Of a DNA stretch of 64,000 nt, positions 38,427 through 51,528 are shown in pieces. Source of the DNA: Octopus sinensis (taxonomy: Eukaryota); assembly GCF_006345805.1 (NCBI RefSeq), contig NC_042997.1, forward strand, positions 112,034,001-112,098,000, read 5' to 3'. The position numbers and the translations under genes were made by a program. The stretch's first letter is position 1. Every line of letters begins with the position of its first letter. The notes below the pieces were generated by a model, which saw only the letters and a program-made list of their open reading frames with translations, ran no database searches and had not been told where the DNA came from.

Positions 38427-40066
38427 CCGTGTTTCCCCGAAAATAAGCCCTTCCATGATTTTTCAGGATGTTTTTGATATAAGCCCTACCTGAAAATAAG
38501 ACCTAGTCAAAAATGCATCAGCTTGTTTGTAAGACCATGTGCTGTTTGCAAAATAAACCATCTACCTCAGTTTGGTGAATGTCTATGCTAAGCGCACATG
38601 CACAGGGTTCTCTCTCATGGCTTGACTCCCTTGTTCCCCTGGCAAGATGAGTGCAAAATGATAGAGTTATTCCATGGAGTACAAGAAAGGAATTGTGGAA
38701 GAGTAAGGAGAAGATGTTGGATCTCCGAATGGTTTGAAAATGGCGAGTAAAGTACTATAATCTCAGCAGACAGGTGGATGAGGGAAGTGCTAAGAAACGC
38801 AGGTATGGATCAGGTTGATAACCATTAGCTGGAAGATATCACCTGGGGATGGATTACTGACAGAACAAAGGCCTTGGTTGTGTGCAGGGCCAATATTCAA
38901 GAATTTGCTCTTGCAATGGCACCACAGTTGGATATACTTCCCAGAGATATTCAAAGCATCACCTCAGTGGTTGGATAAATTCCTTCAGCGATACAAAACC
39001 TCTCTAAGATCAACAACACTGTTCAAGCTGGAGTGATTCAATGGGCACTTGCATTCAAGTCCTTTATAGATGGCATCAACTTTTCTAAATACAATCTCTC
39101 CGATATAATTGCTATGGATGAGACTCATCAATGTACGTTGCTTTGTCAATCTATGTTGCCTCAACAGATTACAAAAGTGCAAGAGTTACTTGTATTTGAG
39201 CAATTCATCTTGATGGAGCAAAAGTCCCACCGTTTATCATCACAAAGGGCAAAAAAAGAGAAAATTGAATGAGTTTTGGGCATTTGTGTCCTTGAAGCGG
39301 AAAAAGCTTGGTGAACACAAACTGTTATAAGAAAATGGGTTGATTTAACTATGCCATTTATTTTATGTGGTTCTCAAAGAGGTATTTTAGTCTAGGATTT
39401 GGCCAGTATTCATTGTGCAAAAGACATGAAAGCCTTCTTTTATGAAAGAAGAATTGACCACATAATGATTACCGCAGGAATGATTTCATAACTACAAACA
39501 TTAGATCTTGTAATAAACAAGCCCTTCAAGGATTATTTGCAGATGGAAATGAATGAATATACCGAAAACAGAATAGAGAGAAATCAGTGTGGAAACTTTG
39601 TCAAACTCAACCTCCAAAAAGGCTAGAATTGGGTGAAGAATTCATGGAATAATATTACCGACAGTTGCGTTGCCAATGCTCTATGAGCAGGGTACTTGGG
39701 CAAAAAGTATTCATTTAAGGAAAGTTATATTGCCAAACATGAGTGATTGGGGTCCATGATTCTACAGGAAATGGATTTACAAGAAATTCAGTCTAAAGTT
39801 CAGGGTTTGAAGATTTATGACAATGTTCCAGAGGAAGATGAAATGTTTGTGCTTGACCAAAAACAATAAGCAAATAAATAAGCTTTTGATAAGTAAAAAC
39901 ATGGGTTTCCTTTCTACAATTTTTTTCCTTTTACACAAGATGAGACTTTTTGGTCTTTCTTGGATTATTTCACAAAAATATAAGACATCCCCCCAAAATA
40001 AGCCCTAGTGTGTTTTTTGGATGCAAAATTAATATAAGACCAGGTCTTATCTGTGGAGAACCATAG
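38427..40066 (+). mobile_element. Decayed pogo-family DNA transposon with TIRs
   Basis: TA-CCGTGTTTCCCCGAAAATAAG left TIR, degenerate right TIR; remnants FKAS..WLDKF, IIAMDET, D.ASIHCAKDMK, LQTLD..INKPFKD. Confidence 0.85.
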
Positions 40067-40636
40067 AATGTGGTTGAGAAGCATCATTCCCAACCAAGTG
40101 GTTTCAAGTTCAGTCCTCCTGTGTGGAACTTTGGGCAAGGGTCTTCTACCTTAACCCCAGGTCAAACAATGCTTTATGAGTGGTTTATTTAGTAGATGTT
40201 TCAACATCAAATGAATGGTGTGCACCAGTCCAGACCATGATGGAAACTGAGAAATAAGAAAAGATAAGACATTAGCAACATGAAGACACCATTACAACTT
40301 GACTAAGTTCACTGGTGCCACACCAAATGGCCATGGAGAATAAAGAAAGTTCCGCTCATACTGTGTGTGTGCATATCATCATCATCATCATCGTCGTCGT
40401 CGTTTAACACCTGTTCTCCATGCTGGCATAGGTTGGACAGTTTGACTGAGGACTGGTGAGCCAGAGGCTACACCAGGCTCCAATCTGACCTGGTAACGTT
40501 TCTACAGCTGGATGCCCTTCCTAACACCAACCACTCTGAGAGTGTAGTGGGTGCTTTTATGTGCCACCGGCATGAGGGCCAGTCAGGCGGTTCATCACCT
40601 AACTGTCTGGATGTTTTGTGTTCTTGTTCCATTTTG

Positions 40637-40675
<39 letters not shown>

Positions 40676-40677
<2 letters not shown>

Positions 40678-40802
40678 AAGTTTAGAGGACTGACCATTAA
40701 AGGTGGACAGCCTATATGCTAAACATAGATGTCAAATCACCATTGACGTCTATGTTTAGCATATAGGCTGTCTACCTTTAATGGTCAGTCCTCTAAATTT
40801 TG
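40676..40802. mobile_element. 127-bp hairpin MITE with TA flanks
   Basis: 60-bp arms, 7-nt loop ATCACCA, three mismatches; TA on both sides. Confidence 0.8.
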
Positions 40803-40847
40803 TATGTAAAACAATTTTTAATCTTCGGATTTTTTTAAAATATGGAA

Positions 40848-41680
40848 GGCTAACTAGGAAGATAGTTTTTGTATGTGGCAGATGCTCAGGAGCAATAAAC
40901 ACTGAAAATGCGCAGAGAGCAACTTCCGCCACATTCCAGGGAGAAAAACTAGAAATAGTTGATAGCTTCTGTTACCTAGGTGACCAAGTCAGTAGCTGGG
41001 GCGGGTGTGTTGAAAGTGTAACTGCTAGAGTAAGAATAGCTTGGGCAAAGTTCAGAGAGCTCTTACCTCTGCTAGGGACAAAAGGCCTCTCGCTCAGAGT
41101 AAAAGGCAGACTGTATGATGCATGTGTATGAACAGCCATGCTACCTGGCAGTGAAACATGGGCCGTGACTGCTGAGGATATTCGTAAGCTCACAAGAAAT
41201 GAAGCCAGTATGCTCCGATGGATGTGTAATATCAGTGTTCATACTCGACAGAGTGTAAGTACCTTGAGAGAAAAGTTGGACCTAAGAAGTATCAGTTGCG
41301 GTGTGCAAGAGAGACGTTTGCGCTGGTATGGCCATGTGGCGAGAATAGATGAAGATAATTGTGTGAAAAAGTGCCACACCCTAGCTGTTGAGGGAACCTG
41401 TGGAAGAGGCAGACCCAGGAAAACCTGAGATGAGGTGGTGAAGCACGACCTTCGAACTTTAGGTCTCACCGAGGAAATGACTGGAGACCGAGACCTTTGG
41501 AAGTATGCTGTGCGTGAGAAGACCCGGCAGGACAAGTGAGACCATAACCCATGGCTTTAGTCCACTTATGCATACCTTTCCTTCTTGGGACACAAAACTC
41601 TACTTGTGAAGACCTGTTGAGGCAAGTGAAAATCAAAATCAAAATCAAAAATCAAAATCGATCAACATAAATGGAAATTG
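40848..41680 (+). mobile_element. 5'-truncated RTE LINE (ORF C-terminus and 3' UTR), followed by family C element to about 42005
   Basis: VDSFCYLGD; RVRIAWAKFREL; GSETW; RRLRWYGHV; GRGRPRKT; internal stops. Confidence 0.92.
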
Positions 41681-42058
41681 TAGCTGTGATACCAGTGCCG
41701 GTGGCACATAAGAGAACCATCCAAACGTGACCGTTGCCAGTGCCGCCCTGACTGGTTTCTGTGCCGGTGGCACGTAAAAAGCACCATCCGATCGTGGCCG
41801 TTGCCAGCCTCGCCTGGCACGTAAAAAACACCCACTACACTCATGGAGTGGTTGGCATTAGGAAGGGCATCCAGCTGTAGAAACATTGCCAGATCAGACT
41901 GGGCCTGGTGCAGCCTTCTGGCTTCCCAGACCCCAGTTGCAACGTCCAACCCATGCCAGCATGGAAAGCGGACGCTAAACGATGATGATGATGATGATGA
42001 TGATGCTAAGCCACTGGTTTTAATTGATTAATATCAATTTCTACTCTTATTTAATTTT

Positions 42059-42115
<57 letters not shown>

Positions 42116-42584
42116 GTATGTATAAATAAGGATAAGACCGTTATCTAAATAATGATCAAATCAAGTGAGATTATCCAATTTTTACTAGTTTATTTGTCTA
42201 TTTGTCTTCTCACCTTGTGATGTGGTTTAAGAGTCAGGTTTTGACTGCTACTTCAAGCAGGGCTGGTATCTCTTAGATACCCTTATTCATAATTTCATAT
42301 ATATTGTACACACATACTCACACACACACACACACACACCACACACACACATAAAGGAAAGAATGGCAAAGTACATATTCTGATCACATCTCACTAATAA
42401 TGGATGACTGAAAACAGGAATTTGTCTCTGGCTATGTATATCATGTGCTTGCATGGCCAATCCTGAGTTATGCTCTCTGTTTCTCTATGTCTCTTACTCT
42501 CTCTGTATATATCTATATATATATGTATGTATATGTATGTATGTATGTATGGATGGATGGATGGATGGATGGATGTACACACAC

Positions 42585-42656
<72 letters not shown>

Positions 42657-44239
42657 AGACACAATGTTCTAACAGTTTATTTACAAATGTCTAATTATGA
42701 GAGAAACATCATGGATGAATTTGTAATGTGATCGGTTGAGAAAGCAAGTGACTTCCAAATAGAATTTATGGCCACTAACAACATTCGTTTGCTGTAATGC
42801 ATGTAACGAAGCCAAATGAGATTAAAGACGCTCGTTTCTTGAGATTTATTGTAATAGGTGTTATTAACATATTGATTGTTCAAGAAGTGCATTGTCTTCC
42901 ACATCACTGATGGAATGACCAAAGTGTGGGAGACTAATTGTGGTCATAAGACTAATCTTGCTATTCCTAGATTACGTACAAACAGATGGAATCGCTCCAG
43001 AACTCATTGACCAAAGTGTAAAAGAGAGCGGGGCACAAAATTTAATTCTGCTTCAGTTTTAACCAACTTAATAGAAATGTCTTCTGTTATAATTCCGTCA
43101 TCATCATCGTCATTGTTTAACATCTGCTTTCCATGCTGGCATGGGTTGGACGGCTTGACTGAGAGCTGGCAAGCCAGAAGGCTGTACCAGGCTCCAACCT
43201 GATCTGGTAATGTTTCTACAGCTGGATGACTTTCCTAACACCAACCACTCTGAGAGTGCAGTGAGTGCTTTTTACATGTCATTTGCATGAGGGCCAGTCA
43301 GGCGGCACTGGCATCAACCATGCTTGAATGGTGCCTTTTACATTCCACTGGCACAGGACAGTCAGTTGGCACTGGCATCGACCACACTCAAATGGTGCTT
43401 TATATGTGCCACTGGCACGGGACCAGTCAGGCAACACTAGCATTGACCATGCTTGAATGGTTCTTTTTACATGTCACTGGCACAGGACCAGTCAGGCAGC
43501 ACTGGCATCAACCACGCTGGATGTGTTTATTTTAATGATCCTGGAAGTATGGAAAACAAAACCGATCCTGGCAAGATTTGAACTTAGAATGTAAAGGTCT
43601 GTTATTAAAAACTGCTGGCATTTTATTGAATGTCCTAAGGATTTCTGCTGACCAAAGTAGCACCAGAACTAATTATTGATTTCAAATTTTAGTACAAGAC
43701 CAGTAAGTAGTGTCAGTTGATTACATTGAGTTCAATATGCAACTGGTACTTAATTTATTGACCCTGAAAGGCAAAGTCAAGCTAGGCAGAACTTGAACCC
43801 AGAATGTAAAGACAGACAAAATGCCACTAAGCATTTTTCCCAGTGTGCTAACCATTCTGCCAGCCTTACCACAACTAATTGTTGAACACATGAAATGCAA
43901 ATACTAATGATCTGGTAATTTTCTTGTTTTCTATAATTAACATAAAATTTAAATCACTCTACCAGAGGATTCTACCAGATCACTTGTCGCCACTCACACA
44001 CACACACAAGCCTCCTGGCTTCCCAGACCCCAATCTGATCTGGCAGTGTTTCTACAGCTGGATGCCCTTCCTAACGCCAACCACTCCGTGAGTGTAGTGG
44101 ATCCTTTTTACGTACCACTGGCAGAGGAGCCAAGGGAAGCTGGCAGCAGCCATGATCGGTTGGTGCTTTTTATGTGCTACCGGCATGGAAGCCAGTCAAG
44201 GCGGCACTGGCATCGGCCACGTTCAGATGGTGCTTTTTA

Positions 44240-45425
44240 TGTGCCACCGGCACAGGTATCACAACTACAACTTCCATTTGATATTTATTTTGATGTTGGT
44301 GTACTTGACTCAATAGGTCTCCTCAAGCACAGCAGGTCACCCTACAATCCAAGATAGGCACAGCAGGTCGTTCTGCAATCCAAGGTACTTTGGATGGCTG
44401 GGGCTGCTATGTGAAACTGGTGCGGAAACAGCAATGAACTCACATTATTTGTTGGGTCTTTGCAGTCACAGCATATCTCCAGATATCCCAGTCTTTCGTC
44501 ATTGCCTCTATGAGGCCCTGTGTTCGAAGGTCATGCTTGACCACCTCATCCATGTCTTCCTGGGTCTACCTCTCCCCCAAATTCCTTCAACTGTTTGGGA
44601 GTGGCACTTCTTCGCACATCTCTCCTCATCCATCCACAGTACATGACCATACCAGCACAAATATCTCTCTTGCATGCCACATCTGATGCTTCTTATGTCC
44701 AGCATTTCTCTCAGGGTGCTTACACACTGTCATGCATGGACACTGCCATTACACATCCAGCTGATCATGCTAGCTTAATTTCTTTCAAGCCTACATATGT
44801 CCTCTGCAGTCACAGCCCATGTTTCACTACCGTGAAGCATGGCAGTTCGCACACATGCACCGTTCAATCTACCTTTCACTCTGAGTGAGAGACCCTTTGT
44901 CACCAGTAGGGGAAGAAGCTTTCTAAACTTTGCCCAGGCTATTCTTATTCTAGTGGTGACACTCTCTGAGCATCCACCTCCACTACTAACTTGGTCACCT
45001 AGGTAGCGGAAACTATCAACTATTCTAGTTTCTCCCCCTGGAGTGTAATGGAATCTATTTTCTGAGTATCAATGGTGTCTATTGCCCCTGTGCGTCTGCT
45101 GCACACGAAAGCTATCTTCTCGGTTAATTTTCCTCTGATGGTGCTGCACCTCTTACGTGTCCATAGCTTACACTGGGTACATCTTATGGAGTTTCTACAG
45201 ATCGAGCAGGGCCACCTACCTGATGGGGTGTGTGATGAGTTCGCCTTCCTACTTACTATAACTTTGGTCTTTGCTACATTTACTCTAAGGCCTTTTGATT
45301 CTAAACCTAGCTTCCACACCCGAAATTTCTTTTCTAGTTCCGGTAGTGATTCTGCTATGAGGGCCAGGTCATCAGCATAGAGGAGCTCCCAGGAGCAACC
45401 CGTCTTGAATTCCTTTGTTATTGGT
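44240..45425 (-). mobile_element. RTE LINE fragment including the RT catalytic motif
   Basis: ELLYADDLALIAES; KGLRVNVAKTKV; GRWPCSIC; WYGHV; GRGRPRKTW. Confidence 0.92.
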
Positions 45426-45456
<31 letters not shown>

Positions 45457-46239
45457 CTGGCACATAAAAAGCACCCACTACACTCTTGGAGTGGTTGGCA
45501 TTAGGAAGGGCATCCAGCTGTAGAAACATTGCCAGATGAGATTGGAGCCTGGTGCAGCCGCTGGCCCTCCAGATCTCTGTCAAACCATCAAACCCATGCC
45601 AGCATGGAAAACAGACGTTAAACAATGATGATGATATAAATATATATATATGCATGCGAAGGTCTTCTTTCAGCTTCCTACCAAATCCACTCTCAAGCCT
45701 TTCGTTAGTCTGGGGCTGTAGATGAAGACACAAGCCCAAAGTGCCATACTCCTTAACCATATATTGTACCATTCTTTTTATCTCTGGTGTCTACTTTGAC
45801 TCCTATTAGAATTGCACCAAATTAACCAAATTGGTTCCCTACACCATATATATATATATATATATATATTTCTAAGATTTATCATTTACTCTGAATTTTC
45901 CTTATACAGTTTTCTTTATATTTTTCAAGAACATTTAAATATTTTTCTCCTTGATTTTTTCTTAAATTATTTATTTTTCACTCAAAACCATTCAGTAAAT
46001 TCTTCTGCCTGTTTTTGATCTATGCCTTGCCGTTTTGAATATTTTGTGAAAATGTCTGGTCTTTCTTTATGGTGTTGATCAGTCTTTGCCACTCATGGCT
46101 AATAATCTATATTTACCTTGATATTCACTGTTTTAAATTTACCTGAATATGAATATTTGAAGCATAACTTAATAAGATAAATGGAATTGGTGTTTTGAGC
46201 ATTGCCTCTGTGTGTGTGTGAGGGGCAGAGAGGAATGTA

Positions 46240-46315
46240 GAGATTTACAGAGAGAGAGAGAGAGAGAGAGAAAGAGATAAAACAAAAGAATAGATAGACA
46301 GACAGACAGACAAAC

Positions 46316-46393
<78 letters not shown>

Positions 46394-46960
46394 GGGGAAA
46401 TAGAAAAAGACACAGAATAGAGCAAGACATGGAATGGGGAGAGAGAGAGGGACAGAAGAGAGAGAGAGAGAGTATTTCTTTATTCACCATAAGGTTGAGA
46501 AAAAGAGGGGACAAAACAAACGTTGGAGAGAGAGAGAGAGAGAGAGAGAGAAAGATGAAGGACAAAGGAATAGGCAGAGAGAGAGAGAGAGAGAAAGAGA
46601 GAGAAAAGAAAGATTTACAGAGTGAAGTTGAAAGAGATAGACAGAAACAAAAGCCGATAGAGATAGAGAGACAGTGTGAGTAATAGAGAGAGAGAGAGAT
46701 AAAGAAATAAACAGAAGAGACAGACACAGAGTATAGCGAGAGAGAGAGAGAGAGAATGAGAGAGGGGACAAAGGGATAGAGAGAGGGACAGAAACAAAGG
46801 GATAATTACAAAGAGATAGAGATAGTGACAAACGGATATAAAGATAGAGAGAGACAAACAAAAAGTAACAAAGGGAGAGAGAGAGAGAAAGAGAGAAAGA
46901 AAGAGAGACAGACAAACAGTAACAAAGAGAGAGAGAGAGAGAGAGAGATAGTGTGTGTGT
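46240..46960. repeat. (AG)n/(GATA)n polypurine tract, about 720 bp
   Basis: Direct reading. Confidence 0.95.
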
Positions 46961-47454
46961 ATTTTGTGTTAAGACATATTTAGACATAATCACAATTCAG
47001 GTGGACATATTTAACTTCTTGAAACAATTTGGTTCTGAAAATGTCTCCCTGTGTGTGTGTGTGTGTGTGTGCGTGCGCGTGCGTGTGCGTGCTTGTGTGC
47101 GCGCGTGTGCGTGTGTGTGTGTGGGTGTGCGTGTGTGTGTGTGTGTGATGTCCATCCGTCTGTCTATATTAGACAAAGCCAAACAGCAGACACGTTAGAC
47201 TCGCCATAGACAGACGATAGACAGGGTTAGCGTGATTGTCTTTATTACGTGCAAGACAACAACGAAAGTTAAAGAATATTTTAGAATAATAAATTGCTGA
47301 GGGAAAATAGCAAATAGGATTGTTTGGAATCTCTCGATTCATGCTTTGTTTGCGACTGCACTCAAGCTGAACTGTGACAATACTGCAACAGTGTCTGTGT
47401 ATATGTGTGTGCATGTGTGTGTGCGTATGTGTGTGCGTGTGTGTGTGTTTGTGT

Positions 47455-47670
47455 CTGGCGAGCTGGCGAGCGGGCGAAATGCTTAGCTGTATTTCGTCTG
47501 CCGTTACGTTCTGAGTTCAAATTCCGCCGAGGTCGACTTTGCCTTTCATCCTTTCGGGGTCGATAAATTAAGTACCAGTTACGCACTGCGGTCGACGTAA
47601 TCGACTTAATCCGTTTGTCTGTCCTTGTTTGTCCCCTCTGTGTTTAGTCCCTTGTGGGTAGTAAAGAAAT
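47455..47670 (+). mobile_element. SINE family B, near full length
   Basis: Head, B-box, core and TTTAG(T/C)CCCTTGTGGGTAGTAAAGAAAT tail. Confidence 0.88.
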
Positions 47671-47676
47671 CAATCA

Positions 47677-47750
<74 letters not shown>

Positions 47751-47770
47751 TATCTGTTTCTCTCTCTCTC

Positions 47771-47824
<54 letters not shown>

Positions 47825-47834
47825 ATATATGTAT

Positions 47835-48215
47835 AGGCGCAGGAGTGGCTGTGTGGTAAGTAGCTTGCTAACCAACCACATGATTCCGGGTTCAGTCCCA
47901 CTGCGTGGCATCTTGGGCAAGTGTCTTCTGCTATAGCCCCGGGCCGACCAATGCCTTGTGAGTGGATTTGGTAGACAGAAACTGAAAGAAGCCTGTCATA
48001 TATATGTATATATATGTGTGTGTGTTTGTGTGTCTGTGTTTGTCACCCTAGCATTGCTTGACAACCAATGCTGGTGTGTTTATGTCCCCGTTCGGCAAAA
48101 AGAGACCGATAGAATATGTAGTGGGCTTACAAAGAATAAGTCCCGGGGTCGATTTGCTCGACTAAAGGCGGTGCTCCAGCATGGCCGTAGTCAAATGACT
48201 GAAACAAGTAAAAGA
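47835..48215 (+). mobile_element. SINE family A, near full length
   Basis: AGGCGCAGGAGTGGCTGTGTGGTAAG head through TGACTGAAACAAGTAAAAG tail. Confidence 0.9.
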
Positions 48216-48267
48216 TAAAATATAAAAGAACACACATACATATATATATATACATACATACATACAT

Positions 48268-48311
<44 letters not shown>

Positions 48312-48701
48312 AAAACAATAAAAATTTCTGGGCGAGATATAAACAGTAACTGCTCTATAACATAAGAGGGATCAGCCATCTGAATGTGGCTAGGGTCAGG
48401 GCGGGGTGTGGGGGTGTTACTGATGCATTTAGCCCCAGGCGAACATCGACGTCACCAGAAGAGCTGACACCATCTCAGTGTCCTTGCCAGCCAGCAAAGG
48501 GAGATCAGCCTCCCCGAAGATACGGATACTACACACGGACCGGTTTCGAGGTTATTGCCTAGAGCAGTTACTGTTTATATCTCGCCCAGAGATTTTTTAT
48601 TGTTTTCGAGCAGATTTTCTACGCCAGTGACTGTGGTTACTGTGAAAATCTATATATATCCAGCCGGTAGAGGAAGTCCCTCAACGAAGAGCGGTGCTTA
48701 C

Positions 48702-48744
48702 CATACGTTGACAAGAGGCAATAACCTCGAAACCGGTCCATGTG
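48702..48744 (+). ncRNA. Minimal hammerhead, U3-A8 variant (unit 1; one stem-I mismatch)
   Basis: CATACG-TTGACAA-GAGG caataa CCTC-GAAA-C CG GTC-CATGTG; predicted cut after 48738. Confidence 0.65.
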
Positions 48745-49061
48745 TAGTATCCGTATCTTCGGGGAGGCTGATCTCCCTTTGCTGGCTGGCAAGGACACCG
48801 AGATGGTGTCAGCTCTTCTGGTGATGTCGATGTTCGCCTGGGGCTAAATGCATCAGTAACACCCTCACCACCCCGCCCTGACCCTAGCCACATTCAGATG
48901 GCTGATCCCTCTTATGTTATAGAGCAGTTACTGTTTATATCTCGCCCAGAGATTTATTATTGTTTTCGAACAGATTTTCTACGCCAGTGACTGTGGTTAC
49001 TGTGAAAATCTATATATATCCAGCCGGTAGAGGAAGTCCCTCAACAAAGAGCGGTGCTTAC

Positions 49062-49104
49062 CATACGTTGACAAGAGGCAATAACCTCGAAACCGGTCCG
49101 TGTG
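49062..49104 (+). ncRNA. Minimal hammerhead, U3-A8 variant (unit 2; stems intact)
   Basis: CATACG-TTGACAA-GAGG caataa CCTC-GAAA-C CG GTC-CGTGTG; 6-bp stem I; predicted cut after 49098. Confidence 0.72.
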
Positions 49105-49479
49105 TAGTATCCGTATCTTCGGGGAGGCTGATCTCCCTTTGCTGGCTGGCAAGGACACCGAGATGGTGTCAGCTCTTCTGGTGACGTCGATGTTCACCTG
49201 GGGCTAAATGCATCAGTAACAACCCCACCACCCCGCCCTGACCCTAGCCACATTCAGATGACTGATCCCTCTTATGTTATATATATATATAAATCCTTAA
49301 AATCTTTAAAATGTTTCAGCCCGAAGGCTGAGGCCATGCATCGCTACATATATATACACACACATATATATATAGAGAGAAAGAGAGGAGGGAGAGAGTT
49401 ACTAGAGATCTAATATCATAGACATTGGTCTGTATATGACAGGAAGTTTGAATCACAGAACCAAAGGTGGTCACAGATG

Positions 49480-49510
<31 letters not shown>

Positions 49511-50239
49511 ATATATATGTGTGTGTGTGTGTGCAGGTGTATGTGTGTGTGTATGCATAACTGTATGTATGTATGTACGTATGTATGTACGTATGTATGT
49601 ATGTATGTATGTATGCATGTATGTATATACGTATGTATGTATGTACCTATGTATGTACGTATGTATGTATGTACGTATGTATGTATGTATGTATGTATGT
49701 ATGTACGTACGTATGTATGTATGTACTTATGTATATATGTATGTATGTATGTATGCATGCATGCATGTATGCATGAGAGCAGATTGATTAGATTAATTAA
49801 AGTTCCAACAACATTTTTTGTTAATGTTCTATATCTGAACATGACACACACACACACACAAAAAAAAACAAAAAAAAAAACAGGATAAAAATATCCTTTA
49901 AAAGATACAAATTACACGCGGAAAAGTAATTTTTATATATTTGTTGCAAAGAAAGAAGTATTATAGAAGAAAATATAATTACAAGGAGAAAGAAAATATT
50001 ATAATTATAAAAATAGATATTTTAACGTTTTTTTTTTTATTCTCTTATGTTTCCTTAATGCTTAGGTTGCAGTTAAATATATTAATTATTGGTTTCATAG
50101 GTCAGCAATTACATTGTCCAAGGGAGTTTTGTCCTGATCCCATAAATTAATTGTGACTTTTTTTCCTAGCCAAAATTGTGGCTTTATTGCTATGACTTTT
50201 TTTCCTGTGATTTTATTACTGGTCACTATTTGATGTAGG

Positions 50240-50545
50240 GTGGAGGCACATAGCCTAGTGGTTAGAGCAGCAGACTCGCAGTCAAGGGATCATGGGTCCG
50301 AATCTCAGACCGGGTGATGTGTGTGTTAATGAGCGAAACACCTAAGCTCCACGTGGCTCCGGCAGAAGGTAATGGCAAAATGTCTGCAGACTCTTTTGCC
50401 ACAACTTTCTCTCACTCTTTCCTCCTGCATCTTGCAGCTCACCTGTGACGGACTGGCATCCCGTCCAGGTGGGGAACCTATATGCCAAGGAAACCAGGAA
50501 ACCAGCCCTAATGAGCCAGGCATGGCTCGAAAAGGAACAAACAAA
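50240..50545 (+). mobile_element. tRNA-derived SINE family F (second copy on minus at about 59780-60127)
   Basis: A-box TAGCCTAGTGGTTAG, B-box-like GGTCCGAATC, (AAAC)n tail. Confidence 0.75.
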
Positions 50546-51300
50546 CAACAATTTATTTTACAGCTGCCTGCTCTTTCTGTCATCAGTTGTTGCCAATTTT
50601 TCTTTTATCTAAAAGAACCTTTTAATATTCCCTGCTGATCTTTGAAATGGCTATTATGTTTCTGGGACCTCAGCACAAATGAGGTTCTTGAAGCATAATG
50701 TTTATTATGTCAACACCTATGTCCTCAATCTGACCCTGATATGTCCTTTCCCCACAGCTCAGCTTCCTAATACTGCTACTCCTTAATTACTCTTCTGACT
50801 ATGGCACTATTTACTCTACCATTGTAATTATATGAGAACAGAACTCAACATACTTCACCCCCCCGCCCACCACTTTGCACTCCCACTCACCCTACTTGGA
50901 ACAATTTTGTTTCTCACATTCTCAGAATCATCTCTCACCATCTTATTTTCTATCAAATGCCTGTTTCACCTCCAGTCTCTTCCTTTCTACCCTCTCATTC
51001 TCCCAATTGCAACCCCCCACTATTTATGCTCATCTCTCACTATTTCCACCCCTATGTACCTCTGATCTCATCCCTGGCACTGTGCATCTCTCACACACTG
51101 CCTACAATCCACATCCTTCTCTTTCTTTCTTCCCCACCTCTCTCTCTGTCTCTCTCTCTCTCTCTGTGGCTTGTGTATTAGAAAAGGGGCAAAGAACACA
51201 GAAGATCTTTAGCAGATGACTGTCTTCTGTTTCAAAGAATGAGTCTAACTGAAGCAAGAAAGTAACTAGACATCTAATATCATTGGTATTGGTCTGTATA

Positions 51301-51528
51301 AAGGCGGCGAGCTGGCAGAAACGTTAGCACGCTGGGCGAAATGCTTAGCGGTATTTCGTCTGCCGCTACATTTCAAATTCCGCCGAGGTCGACTTTGCCT
51401 TTCATCCTTTCGGGGTCGATTAAATAAGTACCAGTTATGCACTGGGGTCGATATAATCGACTTAATCTGTTTGTCTGTCCTTGTTTGTTCTCTCTGTGTT
51501 TAACCCCTTGTGGGTAGTAAAGAAATAT
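51301..51528 (+). mobile_element. SINE family B, full length with TSD
   Basis: 15-bp TSD GTATTGGTCTGTATA at 51286-51300 and 51529-51543. Confidence 0.92.

Larger units (their letters stand above)
48310..49280 (+). mobile_element. Retrozyme/pLTR-like element: two 360-bp tandem units (48561-48920, 48921-49280) plus an inverted 250-bp copy (48310-48560), within (TA)n
   Basis: Exact 360-bp period with about 9 substitutions; one hammerhead per unit; TA arrays on both flanks. Confidence 0.85.

Noticed and set aside
48555-49197. Duplicated 74-89 aa ORFs
   Set aside because: By-products of the 360-bp tandem unit; near-cognate starts and no domain features.
51243-51272. GTCTA-ACTGAAGC-AAGAAAGTAAC-TAGAC hammerhead-like string
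   Set aside because: Core differs (CTGAAGC) and helix II is absent.
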